This document shows positions 17,962 to 27,144 of a stretch of 32,000 nucleotides of DNA, one piece after another (the first letter of the stretch is position 1; each line of letters opens with the position of its first letter). The stretch spans positions 1,080,001-1,112,000 of the forward strand of contig NC_017262.1 in the NCBI RefSeq assembly GCF_000175255.2, in the 5' to 3' direction. The position numbers were made by a program, and so were the translations under genes. The notes beneath the pieces are model-generated. The model saw only the letters and a program-made list of their open reading frames with translations. It ran no database searches and was not told the origin of the DNA. This stretch comes from Zymomonas mobilis subsp. mobilis ATCC 10988. GTDB taxonomy: Bacteria; Pseudomonadota; Alphaproteobacteria; Sphingomonadales; Sphingomonadaceae.

Positions 17962-18443
17962 AGAACGCAGATTATCGGTTGGCTGTTTTGAAAACGGATA
18001 AGCGAAAAATGGAAATTGGTATGATTGCCCGTCCTTTGGAATGGGCAGGATGGTCTGCTGCCCGTGATTTTTTAGAACCGGCTTTGCAGCGTTCAGATGA
18101 AAGTTGGGCGGATATTTTGCCTGAACTGGAAGATGGCCAATTACAATTATGGGCGGTTCTACAGCCGGATTCAGCCCTAAAAAAACGCGATATTCTCTAT
18201 GCCGCCGCCGTGACCCGTATTGTTGCCAGTCGTGAAGGTGAAATTGCCGAAATCTATCTGGTGGGTGGTCGTGATTTCGAATTCTGGCTGTCTGATTTAT
18301 CCGAAACCATCGCCCGTTCAGCCCAAGAAATCGGCTGTATCGCGGTCAGAGCCTATGGCCGGACAGGATGGCGGCGGCCTTTGGCAAAATTAGGGTGGCG
18401 GGAAAAAACGGTAGCCTATGAAAAAGCGTTAAAGGAAAAGTGA
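17952..18443 (+). CDS. Phage-encoded acyltransferase-like/structural protein (GTG start 17952 proposed)
   Basis: LYAAAVTRIVASREGEIAEIYLVGGRDFEFWLSDLSETIARSAQEIGCIAVRAYGRTGWRRPLAKLGWRE has a GNAT-like pattern. Confidence 0.5.
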   Translation: MGIKNADYRLAVLKTDKRKMEIGMIARPLEWAGWSAARDFLEPALQRSDESWADILPELEDGQLQLWAVLQPDSALKKRDILYAAAVTRIVASREGEIAEIYLVGGRDFEFWLSDLSETIARSAQEIGCIAVRAYGRTGWRRPLAKLGWREKTVAYEKALKEK

Positions 18444-19115
18444 ATGAGCAAGAAAAGCAAGGCGACAACGGCACCGAGCCGGTTTGCCCGTCCTTATATC
18501 ACGAATAGTGCCAATGCTATCCAGCAAGCCTATAGCGATAATCAGGATAATGTAAGCAATATCAATAGTTTATTGCAGAATAACATCGGAAATGTTGCCA
18601 GTAAAACCCTGAATAACAGTGATATGGATCAGGCTGATACCTATAACCAGTCTGTCTTATCGGGAAAATATCTTTCCCCGTCATCCAATCCCGCTTTGTC
18701 TGATATTATCAAGAATACCAATCAGGATGTTTCGGATAGCGTCAATGGCGCGATTGGGACAAGAGGTCTGACGGGAGGTTCTGCCCAAGCGCAGTTATTA
18801 GCGAAAGAGTTGGGTCAGACAGACAGCAACCTTCTTTATAATAATTACAATACCGAGCGAGGCTATCAACAGCAGGCCTCTGAAAATGCTGCCAATTTGG
18901 GCGATGCGCGGAATAGTAGCATCAATACCCTTGGTAACTATCTGACAACGACAGCAGCTTTGCCGCAATCCTCCTTTTCGGTGCTGGCAAGCAATATGGC
19001 TTCGTTATTGGGCAATTATAACACCACAACCCAAAATCAGGGCATCGGGTCAACCTTGGCCAGTTTAGCTGGGGCGGGATTGTCAGGCTGGGCTTCCAGC
19101 GGTTTTAAAGTTTAG
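18444..19115 (+). CDS. Putative phage internal/ejection protein
   Basis: Asn/Gln/Ser-rich helical protein with C-terminal GSTLASLAGAGLSGWASSG, abutting the upstream gene. Confidence 0.45.
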   Translation: MSKKSKATTAPSRFARPYITNSANAIQQAYSDNQDNVSNINSLLQNNIGNVASKTLNNSDMDQADTYNQSVLSGKYLSPSSNPALSDIIKNTNQDVSDSVNGAIGTRGLTGGSAQAQLLAKELGQTDSNLLYNNYNTERGYQQQASENAANLGDARNSSINTLGNYLTTTAALPQSSFSVLASNMASLLGNYNTTTQNQGIGSTLASLAGAGLSGWASSGFKV

Positions 19116-19127
19116 GAGTCTTTTCAA

Positions 19128-19802
19128 ATGGCGATATCTTTCGGAAATAAAATCAATCAAAATGATGTATTAAATCAGGATGGTTCCGCTCTTAAAAAGG
19201 CGATTAATAGCTTTAGTGATAGCCCTGTTTTTGCATCAGAGCCGATCGAGCAAAAACCAATCAACGATATGGAACCGTCTATTACCTCTCCATCGCCTAT
19301 CAATGGTTATGGGAGTGGAGGCGAAGAAACGCCGATGCCGGAGACGGCTTCTACTACACCGCAAGCGGAGCAACACCCGTCGCCTCATTTTTTCTCGGCG
19401 GGTGGAATAGGCAAGCGGATTGCTGGTGTAATCGGTGACGCCTTATTATTGGCCAATGGCCGCTATCCGCTCTATTTACCTGCGGTAATGGAGCATAATC
19501 GTCGTATCGACCAACAAAATGCCCAGCAACAGCAACGAGATTTTAGCAATAATCTCGCTACTTCGAAATTAAATCAGCAGCAGGCAAATATGGCCGATAA
19601 AGCGGCTAAGCCACAATATCATTTCGGAGCTGATGGGCGGGTTCTGTCTCTCAACCCTATGACAGGAGAGGCGACCCAGATACGCGATCCTGATATGCCG
19701 CTGCCTAGCGAGCATGAACGGATGATTAGTCATATCGTCAATCTTCCGGCGAATGATCCGGAAAGGAAAGCCATTGAACGATTGCTTTTTAAGAATAAAT
19801 AA
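19128..19802 (+). CDS. Putative phage internal/ejection protein
   Basis: 224-aa ORF in operon position. Gln/Asn-rich helical segment RIDQQNAQQQQRDFSNNLATSKLNQQQANMADKAAK. Confidence 0.45.
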   Translation: MAISFGNKINQNDVLNQDGSALKKAINSFSDSPVFASEPIEQKPINDMEPSITSPSPINGYGSGGEETPMPETASTTPQAEQHPSPHFFSAGGIGKRIAGVIGDALLLANGRYPLYLPAVMEHNRRIDQQNAQQQQRDFSNNLATSKLNQQQANMADKAAKPQYHFGADGRVLSLNPMTGEATQIRDPDMPLPSEHERMISHIVNLPANDPERKAIERLLFKNK

Positions 19803-19981
19803 CATCCATTTTGGATATTATTTTTAAATTAATCCTTAAAATGTTGGATTTATTATAAGAATATCACAATAGATACTTTGGGTATCGGGATTTTTTGTAA
19901 GTAAAATCCAATGTAATCGAAATGTAATCATTAAAATATTTATTTATTTTATGCTCTTATAAGGAGGGGTAGGGCTGCGCT

Positions 19982-20350
19982 ATGTCTTTTTCGGACTGGT
20001 CGCAAAATGCAGATAGTAACAGCAATATTGGCGGGATCAGTATTGCTGAAGGCTGTCCACCGGGCAATCTTAACAATGCCTTGCGCGAGATAATGGCTGA
20101 AATGCGGTCTGCTATCAATCAGGCTATGGATACGGCCTTGAGCTCGGCTGATATGGCGAGTTTTCGTCAGGCTATTGGGGCTTTGGCGAATAGTGGTGAC
20201 ACTATTGACGGCGTTTTGCGCCGTAAAGGTCAGGGAGTTTTCCCTTATTTTGCCGATGGTTCTTTTTCCGGTGGCCGGATTTATGTGACCAATAGTCAAG
20301 CGGCTGACCCGACAAGTCAGCCGGGGGATATCTGGTTGGTCTATGTATGA
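19982..20350 (+). CDS. Phage tail fibre N-terminal-like protein
   Basis: MSFSDWSQNADSNSNIGGISIAEGCPPGNLNNALREIMAEMRSAI is typical of tail fibre head domains. Upstream ribosome-binding site AAGGAGG. Confidence 0.7.
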   Translation: MSFSDWSQNADSNSNIGGISIAEGCPPGNLNNALREIMAEMRSAINQAMDTALSSADMASFRQAIGALANSGDTIDGVLRRKGQGVFPYFADGSFSGGRIYVTNSQAADPTSQPGDIWLVYV

Positions 20351-20793
20351 CTATCAGCCTTAAAGATCAGGATAATTTTTCCCGCGAGATAAGAGCTGTT
20401 TCAATCAGGGGAGCCGATGGCGTGCTTCATTCTGTCGGATCTATTCGTATCCGTGGGCAGGATGAAAGCTTGCATGAGGTCTTTTGCCACAAGCTGGATG
20501 TCTCGGTTTCTGACGCTTTGATAGAAAGCTATTCCCGTCATAATCCTGTGATTTCTTCTGCGGTGACGGTTCAGGTTTCGGGCGGTGTTCCGCCTTATCA
20601 ACATCGCTGGTCTTTGGTGAGTAGCGATAGAGCCGATAGCGTGATGGCTCTTTCTCCTTTTTCGGCAACAACGACTTTTCGAGCCGATGGCGTGCCTCAT
20701 CACCATGCCGCATCAGCCTATTTGCGTGACGATGTTACCGATCAGAATGGCTTTGCCGGTTCGGTTGAAGTCCATTGTATTTTTACGAGGTAA
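20347..20793 (+). CDS. Phage hypothetical (tail-associated) protein
   Basis: ATGA overlap with the upstream gene; beta-rich VTVQVSGGVPPYQHRWSL Ig/PKD-like segment. Confidence 0.5.
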   Translation: MTISLKDQDNFSREIRAVSIRGADGVLHSVGSIRIRGQDESLHEVFCHKLDVSVSDALIESYSRHNPVISSAVTVQVSGGVPPYQHRWSLVSSDRADSVMALSPFSATTTFRADGVPHHHAASAYLRDDVTDQNGFAGSVEVHCIFTR

Positions 20794-20797
20794 TTTC

Positions 20798-21199
20798 ATG
20801 CGTAAATATTTTGACAGCGTGGCGAGCGCGCTTGACGGGAAGCCGGTCATGGGTGCCTTGATTTTCGTCTATAAAACAGACGGTAGTCTGGCTTCCCTTT
20901 TTTCTGATGATGGAACGACCGCTATTTCCCAGCCTTTGCGGACGGATAGTCTCGGATATTTCGAATTTTATGTTGCGGATGGTCTTTATGATTTGACCAT
21001 TTCCTATGGCGGCAAAATTCGGACGCGTCTTTCTGGCGTTCAAATTTATGATGAATCCCATCTGCAAGGGGGCGGGGCAGCCTTGCCCGACGGCACCCGT
21101 ATTGCCGAATTGCCGGTCGCAGCCATGAACAAGGCTTTGGGTGCGGCCGGAAACTTAGCCCAATTTATCAAAAATTATTCTAATAATTCTATGGAGTGA
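20798..21199 (+). CDS. Phage tail protein with carboxypeptidase/Ig-like fold (start ATG 20798)
   Basis: GKPVMGALIFVYKTDGSLASLFSDDG...LRTDSLGYFEFYVADGLYDLTIS: beta-sandwich pattern. Confidence 0.6.
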   Translation: MRKYFDSVASALDGKPVMGALIFVYKTDGSLASLFSDDGTTAISQPLRTDSLGYFEFYVADGLYDLTISYGGKIRTRLSGVQIYDESHLQGGGAALPDGTRIAELPVAAMNKALGAAGNLAQFIKNYSNNSME

Positions 21200-21203
21200 T
21201 GCC

Positions 21204-22205
21204 ATGTCTACTTTAACGATTTCGGAAATGACCGATGCAGGATCGGTTACCGAAGATGATTTGATTGAAATTTCCCGTCCGGTTGCCAATGGTTATGCAA
21301 CCTATAAAGCCAAAATCGGCTATATTAAAAATCTGACGACCAATTATGATTCCGTCATTGCCGCTTTGGGGCATGAACCGGTGAGCGTTGATTTAAGCAA
21401 TTTTAACGCCGCAACCTTCCAGCAGAAAGTAGCGATTTCTTACGGCCAGATTACCAAAGGCCTCGGCTATGAGCCGATGAATGTCGATTTCAGTAATTTC
21501 AACGGATCCACTTTCCAGCAGAAAGTGACGCTGTCCTATGGCCAGATTACCGGTGGTCTGGGATATGAACCGGCCAATAAAGACTTGTCTAATATTGATG
21601 GCATGGGTCTGGTCTCAAAAATCAATGCTGTCCGAGGTGCTGCACCGGTTTTGACGACCGGGGGTGAACTGACTGGTAATCTCAATCCGGCTTCAGATGG
21701 TGTGATTACCTTGGGACAGCCTAACCGTAAATGGGCTGAAATCTATGCTTCGAATGGGGCAATTAACACCTCGGATGCCCGTCAGAAGATGGATATTGCT
21801 TCTGTCCCTGATGAGGTTCTGGATGTCTGGGGCAATCTGTCATGGCGGCAGTTTAAATTCAGAAAAGCGGTTGAGACCAAAGGCTTTGATAAGGCGCGCT
21901 GGCATTTCGGTCTGATCGCTCAAGAAGTCGAAGATGCCTATAAAAATGCGGGCTTGGATGCCGAAAGTCTGGGCATGATTTGTCATGACCATTGGGAAGC
22001 CCATACTCGCCGTGAAAAAACCGGTAATATGGGTAAAAATGGCAAGCCGGTCTATCGCGATGTCTTGGTGCCAGCCGGTGAAGCCTATGGTTTGCGCTAT
22101 AGCGAATGTCAGGCGATCGAAGCCGCATGGCAGCGGCGTGAAATTATTCGGCAGCAGGCTGAAATTGACGCTTTGAAAGCGCAGCTCACCCAAGCACAGG
22201 CTTAA
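21204..22205 (+). CDS. Phage tail fibre/spike with C-terminal Peptidase S74 intramolecular chaperone domain
   Basis: NTSDARQKMDI...WHFGLIAQEVEDAY...EAYGLRYSECQAIEAAWQRREI: the S74 signature. Confidence 0.9.
   Translation: MSTLTISEMTDAGSVTEDDLIEISRPVANGYATYKAKIGYIKNLTTNYDSVIAALGHEPVSVDLSNFNAATFQQKVAISYGQITKGLGYEPMNVDFSNFNGSTFQQKVTLSYGQITGGLGYEPANKDLSNIDGMGLVSKINAVRGAAPVLTTGGELTGNLNPASDGVITLGQPNRKWAEIYASNGAINTSDARQKMDIASVPDEVLDVWGNLSWRQFKFRKAVETKGFDKARWHFGLIAQEVEDAYKNAGLDAESLGMICHDHWEAHTRREKTGNMGKNGKPVYRDVLVPAGEAYGLRYSECQAIEAAWQRREIIRQQAEIDALKAQLTQAQA
21363..21599 (+). repeat. In-frame tandem repeats in the tail fibre (~32 aa units, 2 full + 1 partial)
   Basis: ALGHEPVSVDLSNFNAATFQQKVAISYGQITK / GLGYEPMNVDFSNFNGSTFQQKVTLSYGQITG / GLGYEPANKDLSNIDG. 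Confidence 0.85.
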
Positions 22206-22209
22206 GATA

Positions 22210-24864
22210 ATGACAGCTTCTCCGGCACCTTTTATTCCTGACCATCCTGATATCTATCTGCTTTCCGGCGATGGGCTGGTTCGCAATAACATGCATGTCG
22301 AAGACGGGCGGGCAGGCTATCTGCCTAATGATACTTCGACCAGTGAAAGTCAGGCTTTGTTAGCGCGTGGATATGCCCGTTATTATCTCGCTTCTGGGGA
22401 TGTAAAAGCCCTCAATAATGCCCGAAAATTGGCGGACGCCGCATTGAGTTACTTCTTTGCCGGAAAAACGCCACCTGCAAGCGGGTTATGGTATCATCAT
22501 TGGGTGGTGAATGCAGGGCAGGGCTTTAACGTCAAAGGCCCCTCTAATCCCAATGGTCATGCCTATGACGGGAATGTCGGAGAAACTGTTACCTTTAAGG
22601 ACGGGAAGGCTCAACTTCCCGCCAGTCTTGCCAATGTTTATAATGTTTTTCAGGGAGAACTAAGCTGGCAAAATGTCTATGCCGATCTATCCAAAGGGCA
22701 GTTTTTTGACATAGATTATTTTGTTGATCGTGATGGCTATATTTTCCGCTGGCAAAGCGGATATGCGGCGGATGTTGTTTTTACATCGGAGGCACAGCCT
22801 CAGACCGCTATTCCGGCGGGCTGTTTGCAGATGAAAAATACTGCCTTGAATGGTCAATATCAGGTTAGTTATTCGCTCTATCAAGAAGACACTATTCCCT
22901 ATGCCAGCCAATTTGAAGGCTGGCCGATGTGGCGGCATTTGATGCCGGATGAACAGGTTATGGCAGGCGATGCCATTCATTGGTTTATTGATCTGTTTTA
23001 TCTGATGCAGGCGATTGATACAGACAATAGCGCCAAATGGGAAAGCTCTTATCAGGCGATGCTGGCTTTATGGCAAGAGGCCTGTGTTTTGACTTCATCA
23101 GAGACCTGTTTTTTCAAGCGTTCTACTATCGGCACCTATGATAGTTGGCCTTTGACCTATTTTTACGCCTATGCTGACGGGAATATTTCTTATACTCCGC
23201 CAACCGATTATTGCCGCTATGGTCGGGATAAAACGAGCGGGGTCGCTTATTTCGATCTACCTGAACACAGCCATCGCTTGGGATGGGTGTTTCAAAATGA
23301 CGCTTTGAATTTAGGTATTACGCCTGATTTGAATGTAGCGGTTGAAGCGGCGGCCTCTCGATCGACCAATTTGGCCGTTATTTTGTCGGACGATCAGAAA
23401 CGGCAATATAAATATAATTTTTGTCCTGATACGACTGTTCAAAGCTATAGCCTGCCACTGCAACAATTTATGGATTATACCGATGTTGCCGAATGGGTGC
23501 CGGGGAATACTGATTTTGTTTATGGCACGGCAACTGCCACCACTGAACGCCTGACAACGGCAGAGGGGCGGGCAGTGATGGCGCGTCATTATGTTTTGTC
23601 TGATAGTTCTGCGGGTGTCGGCTTTGCTACGGCTGCCTCCAATCAAACATGGAGTGGGGCAGAGGCTTTGGCCTTGTCCTATATAACAGACAGCAGTCAT
23701 ATTATATTGGTTGTAGTCGATAATTCAGGATGGCATTGGCAGGTGACTTTGCCAGCGAATGCCGATGCAACTTTACAGAGTTTTCCTTGGGCGAATTTTG
23801 TTCTTGCTGGATATCAGACTAATAAAGCCCCATTTCCCGATAAGCCAGATAGCACGGCACCGATAAAAACGGTTCAATTCCAGATAGCCAGTGATGTAAA
23901 AACACCGCAAACGCTTTATCTGGTAGCCGCTTATAATAAAATGCCGGCTAAAATAGCGGATCAGGCGAAAATTATTTCCGCGCGTGTTTTTTCTAGCTGT
24001 GCGGATGCCGTGACTATTCAAATCGGCAATGCCTCGATTGAAAAGGCGACGACGATAAGACAACCCTATTCCCCCGGGTTGCTGCCTTTCCAGCATGCGA
24101 CCATCGGATCGGGACGCTCTCCTTCTGGGGGTGGTGGTCTATGGCAAGGCCCCGCCTATATCGGTTATCAGAATCCGGTGCCTTGGATGCTATTAAATCG
24201 GCATGATGAAGCCTGTAACATGCTGCAATTGATGCAGGATTCTCAAAAACATTATACGGCACAAAATCAGGCTGCCTTAACGGGGCCTTTTACGCCTTGC
24301 TATATTTTTGCCCAATGGGATGCCGAACAATATGGCGCGCCTTATAATTTTATCTTTGGAGGCCCCGATCCCAACTGGGGCTGGGGTGGATTCCAATATC
24401 GGGCTTTTCATAACGTCGCCGATTATTGGGCTAGAATGACTTCGGCTTCTGTCATCGCAAAAGCCGACGGAAATTCGGCTCAAAAAGCAACGGCTTTAGC
24501 AAAAGACATTGCCAGTTCTTTTATGGATTGGTTAGTCGATTGGCTGGATAGTAATCCAGAGGCACGATCCTTGCCTGCGCTATTTCTTTCCAGTCAGGCA
24601 CCTGAAATAAAGGGAGATAATCCCGATCAGACAGCACTGGCTTTGAAAGGCGCTTTATGGTGCGGGCAGGCCGGTTATGACAAAACCAAGGCGGAAAAAA
24701 CTGTCGAGCGTCTTTATGCCATGCTGCAAAACTTTCAGATATCTGACGGCGATATGGCAGGAAGCTATTCACCGCAGCCGGAAGAGCATCGCTTTTATGG
24801 TTTCTGGGCGGGAGAAATTTTGGATGCTTTAAGTGTGTACGCGCTTGCCCGTGCATCTTTTTAA
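22210..24864 (+). CDS. Large tail-associated protein, possible (alpha/alpha)n-barrel glycan-active enzyme
   Basis: 884-aa ORF ending the phage block. SESQALLARGYARYYLASGDVKALNNARKLADAALSYFF and HRFYGFWAGEILDALSVYALARA helical-hairpin motifs; Trp-rich. Confidence 0.5.
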   Translation: MTASPAPFIPDHPDIYLLSGDGLVRNNMHVEDGRAGYLPNDTSTSESQALLARGYARYYLASGDVKALNNARKLADAALSYFFAGKTPPASGLWYHHWVVNAGQGFNVKGPSNPNGHAYDGNVGETVTFKDGKAQLPASLANVYNVFQGELSWQNVYADLSKGQFFDIDYFVDRDGYIFRWQSGYAADVVFTSEAQPQTAIPAGCLQMKNTALNGQYQVSYSLYQEDTIPYASQFEGWPMWRHLMPDEQVMAGDAIHWFIDLFYLMQAIDTDNSAKWESSYQAMLALWQEACVLTSSETCFFKRSTIGTYDSWPLTYFYAYADGNISYTPPTDYCRYGRDKTSGVAYFDLPEHSHRLGWVFQNDALNLGITPDLNVAVEAAASRSTNLAVILSDDQKRQYKYNFCPDTTVQSYSLPLQQFMDYTDVAEWVPGNTDFVYGTATATTERLTTAEGRAVMARHYVLSDSSAGVGFATAASNQTWSGAEALALSYITDSSHIILVVVDNSGWHWQVTLPANADATLQSFPWANFVLAGYQTNKAPFPDKPDSTAPIKTVQFQIASDVKTPQTLYLVAAYNKMPAKIADQAKIISARVFSSCADAVTIQIGNASIEKATTIRQPYSPGLLPFQHATIGSGRSPSGGGGLWQGPAYIGYQNPVPWMLLNRHDEACNMLQLMQDSQKHYTAQNQAALTGPFTPCYIFAQWDAEQYGAPYNFIFGGPDPNWGWGGFQYRAFHNVADYWARMTSASVIAKADGNSAQKATALAKDIASSFMDWLVDWLDSNPEARSLPALFLSSQAPEIKGDNPDQTALALKGALWCGQAGYDKTKAEKTVERLYAMLQNFQISDGDMAGSYSPQPEEHRFYGFWAGEILDALSVYALARASF

Positions 24865-24873
24865 GAAAAGGCT

Positions 24874-26958
24874 TTATACTCTGGGGCGGTTTCTGATGTA
24901 AACTTGCGCAGATTCCGCCGAGAGGGGCGAGGAATAATAATATCCCTGAATAAGATAGACACCGAGATGGGCGAGAAGATCAACCTTTTCTTTATCTTCT
25001 ACGCCTTCGGCTACGCAATCCAAACCGATCTCTCGGCAAAGGATGATGATCGATTTAATGATTTTATAATTCCGGTTGTTATATTCGAGATTAGTCACAA
25101 AACTGCGGTCGATTTTGATTTTATTTAAAGGGAAATTCTGGAGATGGGATAAGCTGGAATATCCGGTTCCAAAATCATCCAAGGCAATACTGGCACCAAC
25201 CGCCTGAAGTTTTTTGACGTTATCAAAGGCGGCTGCAAAATTATGCATGACCGCTGTTTCTGTTAACTCAAACTCTATCCGTTCAGGGTCAATATTCGAT
25301 TGTTTTAAAATATCGAGCAGAAGATTGATTTGTTTCTCATGAGAAATGTCATGTGCAGACAAATTAAAGGAAAGTTTGATCGAATGAGGCCATTTTTTAG
25401 CTTCGTTTAATGCCTTCTTAAACAGAATAGGGGTTAGGCGAATGATCGCCCCCGTTTGTTCTGCCACTTGAATAAATTTGTCAGGCGCAATCCTACCTAA
25501 GCCGGGACTGTCCCACCGTGCCAGACTTTCGAAGGTGATAATTCCACCATTACGGGAATCGATAATCGGCTGAAATTGGATAAAGAATTCTTTGTCAAAA
25601 TCGGCTTTTTCTAAAGCCCGTTCAATAAGTGCCAGTTCTTTTAATTTTAGTTCATGATTGACATCAAAGACCACAATCTGGCCTTGTCCGCCCTGCTCTT
25701 TGGCATAGTAAAGCGCATAATCGGCATGTTCAAATATCTGCTGTGTGCTGTTAGCTGTGCCAAAATAGGAACGCGCGCAGCCTGCTGAGCAACTGATAAC
25801 GATTTGATTATTTCGGGCAGAAATCGGATGAGAAATCGTCTCAAGAATAGAGGCAATCTCTTGATTAAGGATTGTGCTTTCCTTGTCTCCCGGCAAAATA
25901 AAGCCAAATTCATCATTACCAATCCGGTAAACTAGCGCCTTATGCCGGAGCGCGAGATATAATCTGTGACCGATCTTATCGAGGATAAAATCCCCGATAT
26001 CGTGGCCATAGATTTCATTGATCCTTTTAAAGCCGTCGATATCAATAATCCCAATCGAAAAAGGAATGCTATCGTCTCTATAAGGCGAATTGACAGCTTG
26101 AAGATCAGCAAAAAATTGCCTCCGGTTTGCCAAACCGGTGGTTGAGTCATAGCAACTAGCCTGTTGCTCGATTTCTTTTTCTATCGTGAGCAAAGGCAGC
26201 GGCGGAGATTCCGTCTTGTCCTTTTTCTGTGAAGAGAACCAAGATGAAAGATGGTAGGCTTCAAACAGATAAAGCAAAATGGCGTTGCAAAAGAAAAATT
26301 CGATATCTTCTAAAAAGGCCGAAAATTTCGGTGGGATAAAGTGGAATAAGTTTAAAAAATAGATGAACTGGCTGGTAAAAAAGACAATGAAAGAGCTTAT
26401 TTTTAGGCGGTAAATGCAGAAAAAACCAAAAATGATCGTCGGGATAAAAGGAAAAATAATATCATTGAAAATACTGTTCCGATCGGCATTGGTATAAAGG
26501 CAAACCGGAATGGTTATAAAAATAACAAAAATGAGCTGAGCTAAAAATCGGAACAAATTGGTCGGATTTGGAGGTAAACTGGTCTTATTCTTATGTTTCC
26601 GGCAATGGTGCCCAAAGAGTAGCATACTGCAAAAACTTACCGCCAGCACAATTATAATAAGATTACTTTTGTGGAAGTAATTTATTAAAATCTTCAACAA
26701 GGAATAATTGTTCACCGAGATAAAAGTGAACATTAAAGATAACGTTAAAATCGTCTGAAACTTTATATTGAATTTACAATATCTGATATTGGATGCGTGA
26801 TTTTTTAAAATTCCAAGCTGAATAAAGTAATTTTTGAGGCGGTGCCGCAGCCGGTAGAGAAGAACCGTTTTCTGTCGTGGAAAATAACGCCTGCCATGTT
26901 TGACGGCTTTATTTTTGGTAAGCATGACAGGCGGTTCCTGATCCGCCTGCTCTATCAA
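24874..26958 (-). CDS. Membrane GGDEF-EAL domain protein
   Basis: Multiple N-terminal hydrophobic helices; GNDEF in place of GGDEF; ESLARW, ELTETAVM, DDFGTGYSSL, KIDRSF, CVAEGVE EAL-domain motifs. Confidence 0.9.
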   Translation of the reverse strand: MIEQADQEPPVMLTKNKAVKHGRRYFPRQKTVLLYRLRHRLKNYFIQLGILKNHASNIRYCKFNIKFQTILTLSLMFTFISVNNYSLLKILINYFHKSNLIIIVLAVSFCSMLLFGHHCRKHKNKTSLPPNPTNLFRFLAQLIFVIFITIPVCLYTNADRNSIFNDIIFPFIPTIIFGFFCIYRLKISSFIVFFTSQFIYFLNLFHFIPPKFSAFLEDIEFFFCNAILLYLFEAYHLSSWFSSQKKDKTESPPLPLLTIEKEIEQQASCYDSTTGLANRRQFFADLQAVNSPYRDDSIPFSIGIIDIDGFKRINEIYGHDIGDFILDKIGHRLYLALRHKALVYRIGNDEFGFILPGDKESTILNQEIASILETISHPISARNNQIVISCSAGCARSYFGTANSTQQIFEHADYALYYAKEQGGQGQIVVFDVNHELKLKELALIERALEKADFDKEFFIQFQPIIDSRNGGIITFESLARWDSPGLGRIAPDKFIQVAEQTGAIIRLTPILFKKALNEAKKWPHSIKLSFNLSAHDISHEKQINLLLDILKQSNIDPERIEFELTETAVMHNFAAAFDNVKKLQAVGASIALDDFGTGYSSLSHLQNFPLNKIKIDRSFVTNLEYNNRNYKIIKSIIILCREIGLDCVAEGVEDKEKVDLLAHLGVYLIQGYYYSSPLSAESAQVYIRNRPRV

Positions 26959-27144
26959 AAGCGCTCTTTTTGGAGACAGATTTACTTGATAGGCAGGCTG
27001 AATATATAGATTGTTATTTTATTAGGGCGTAAAGAGTAATTTTTCTCACAAGATATTAGAGTGGATATTACGGGACTCTGGATTATTTTCAATAAAATTT
27101 ATTACAGAAATCGATTTTTTTGTCTAAAAATTTCAAATGTTAAC

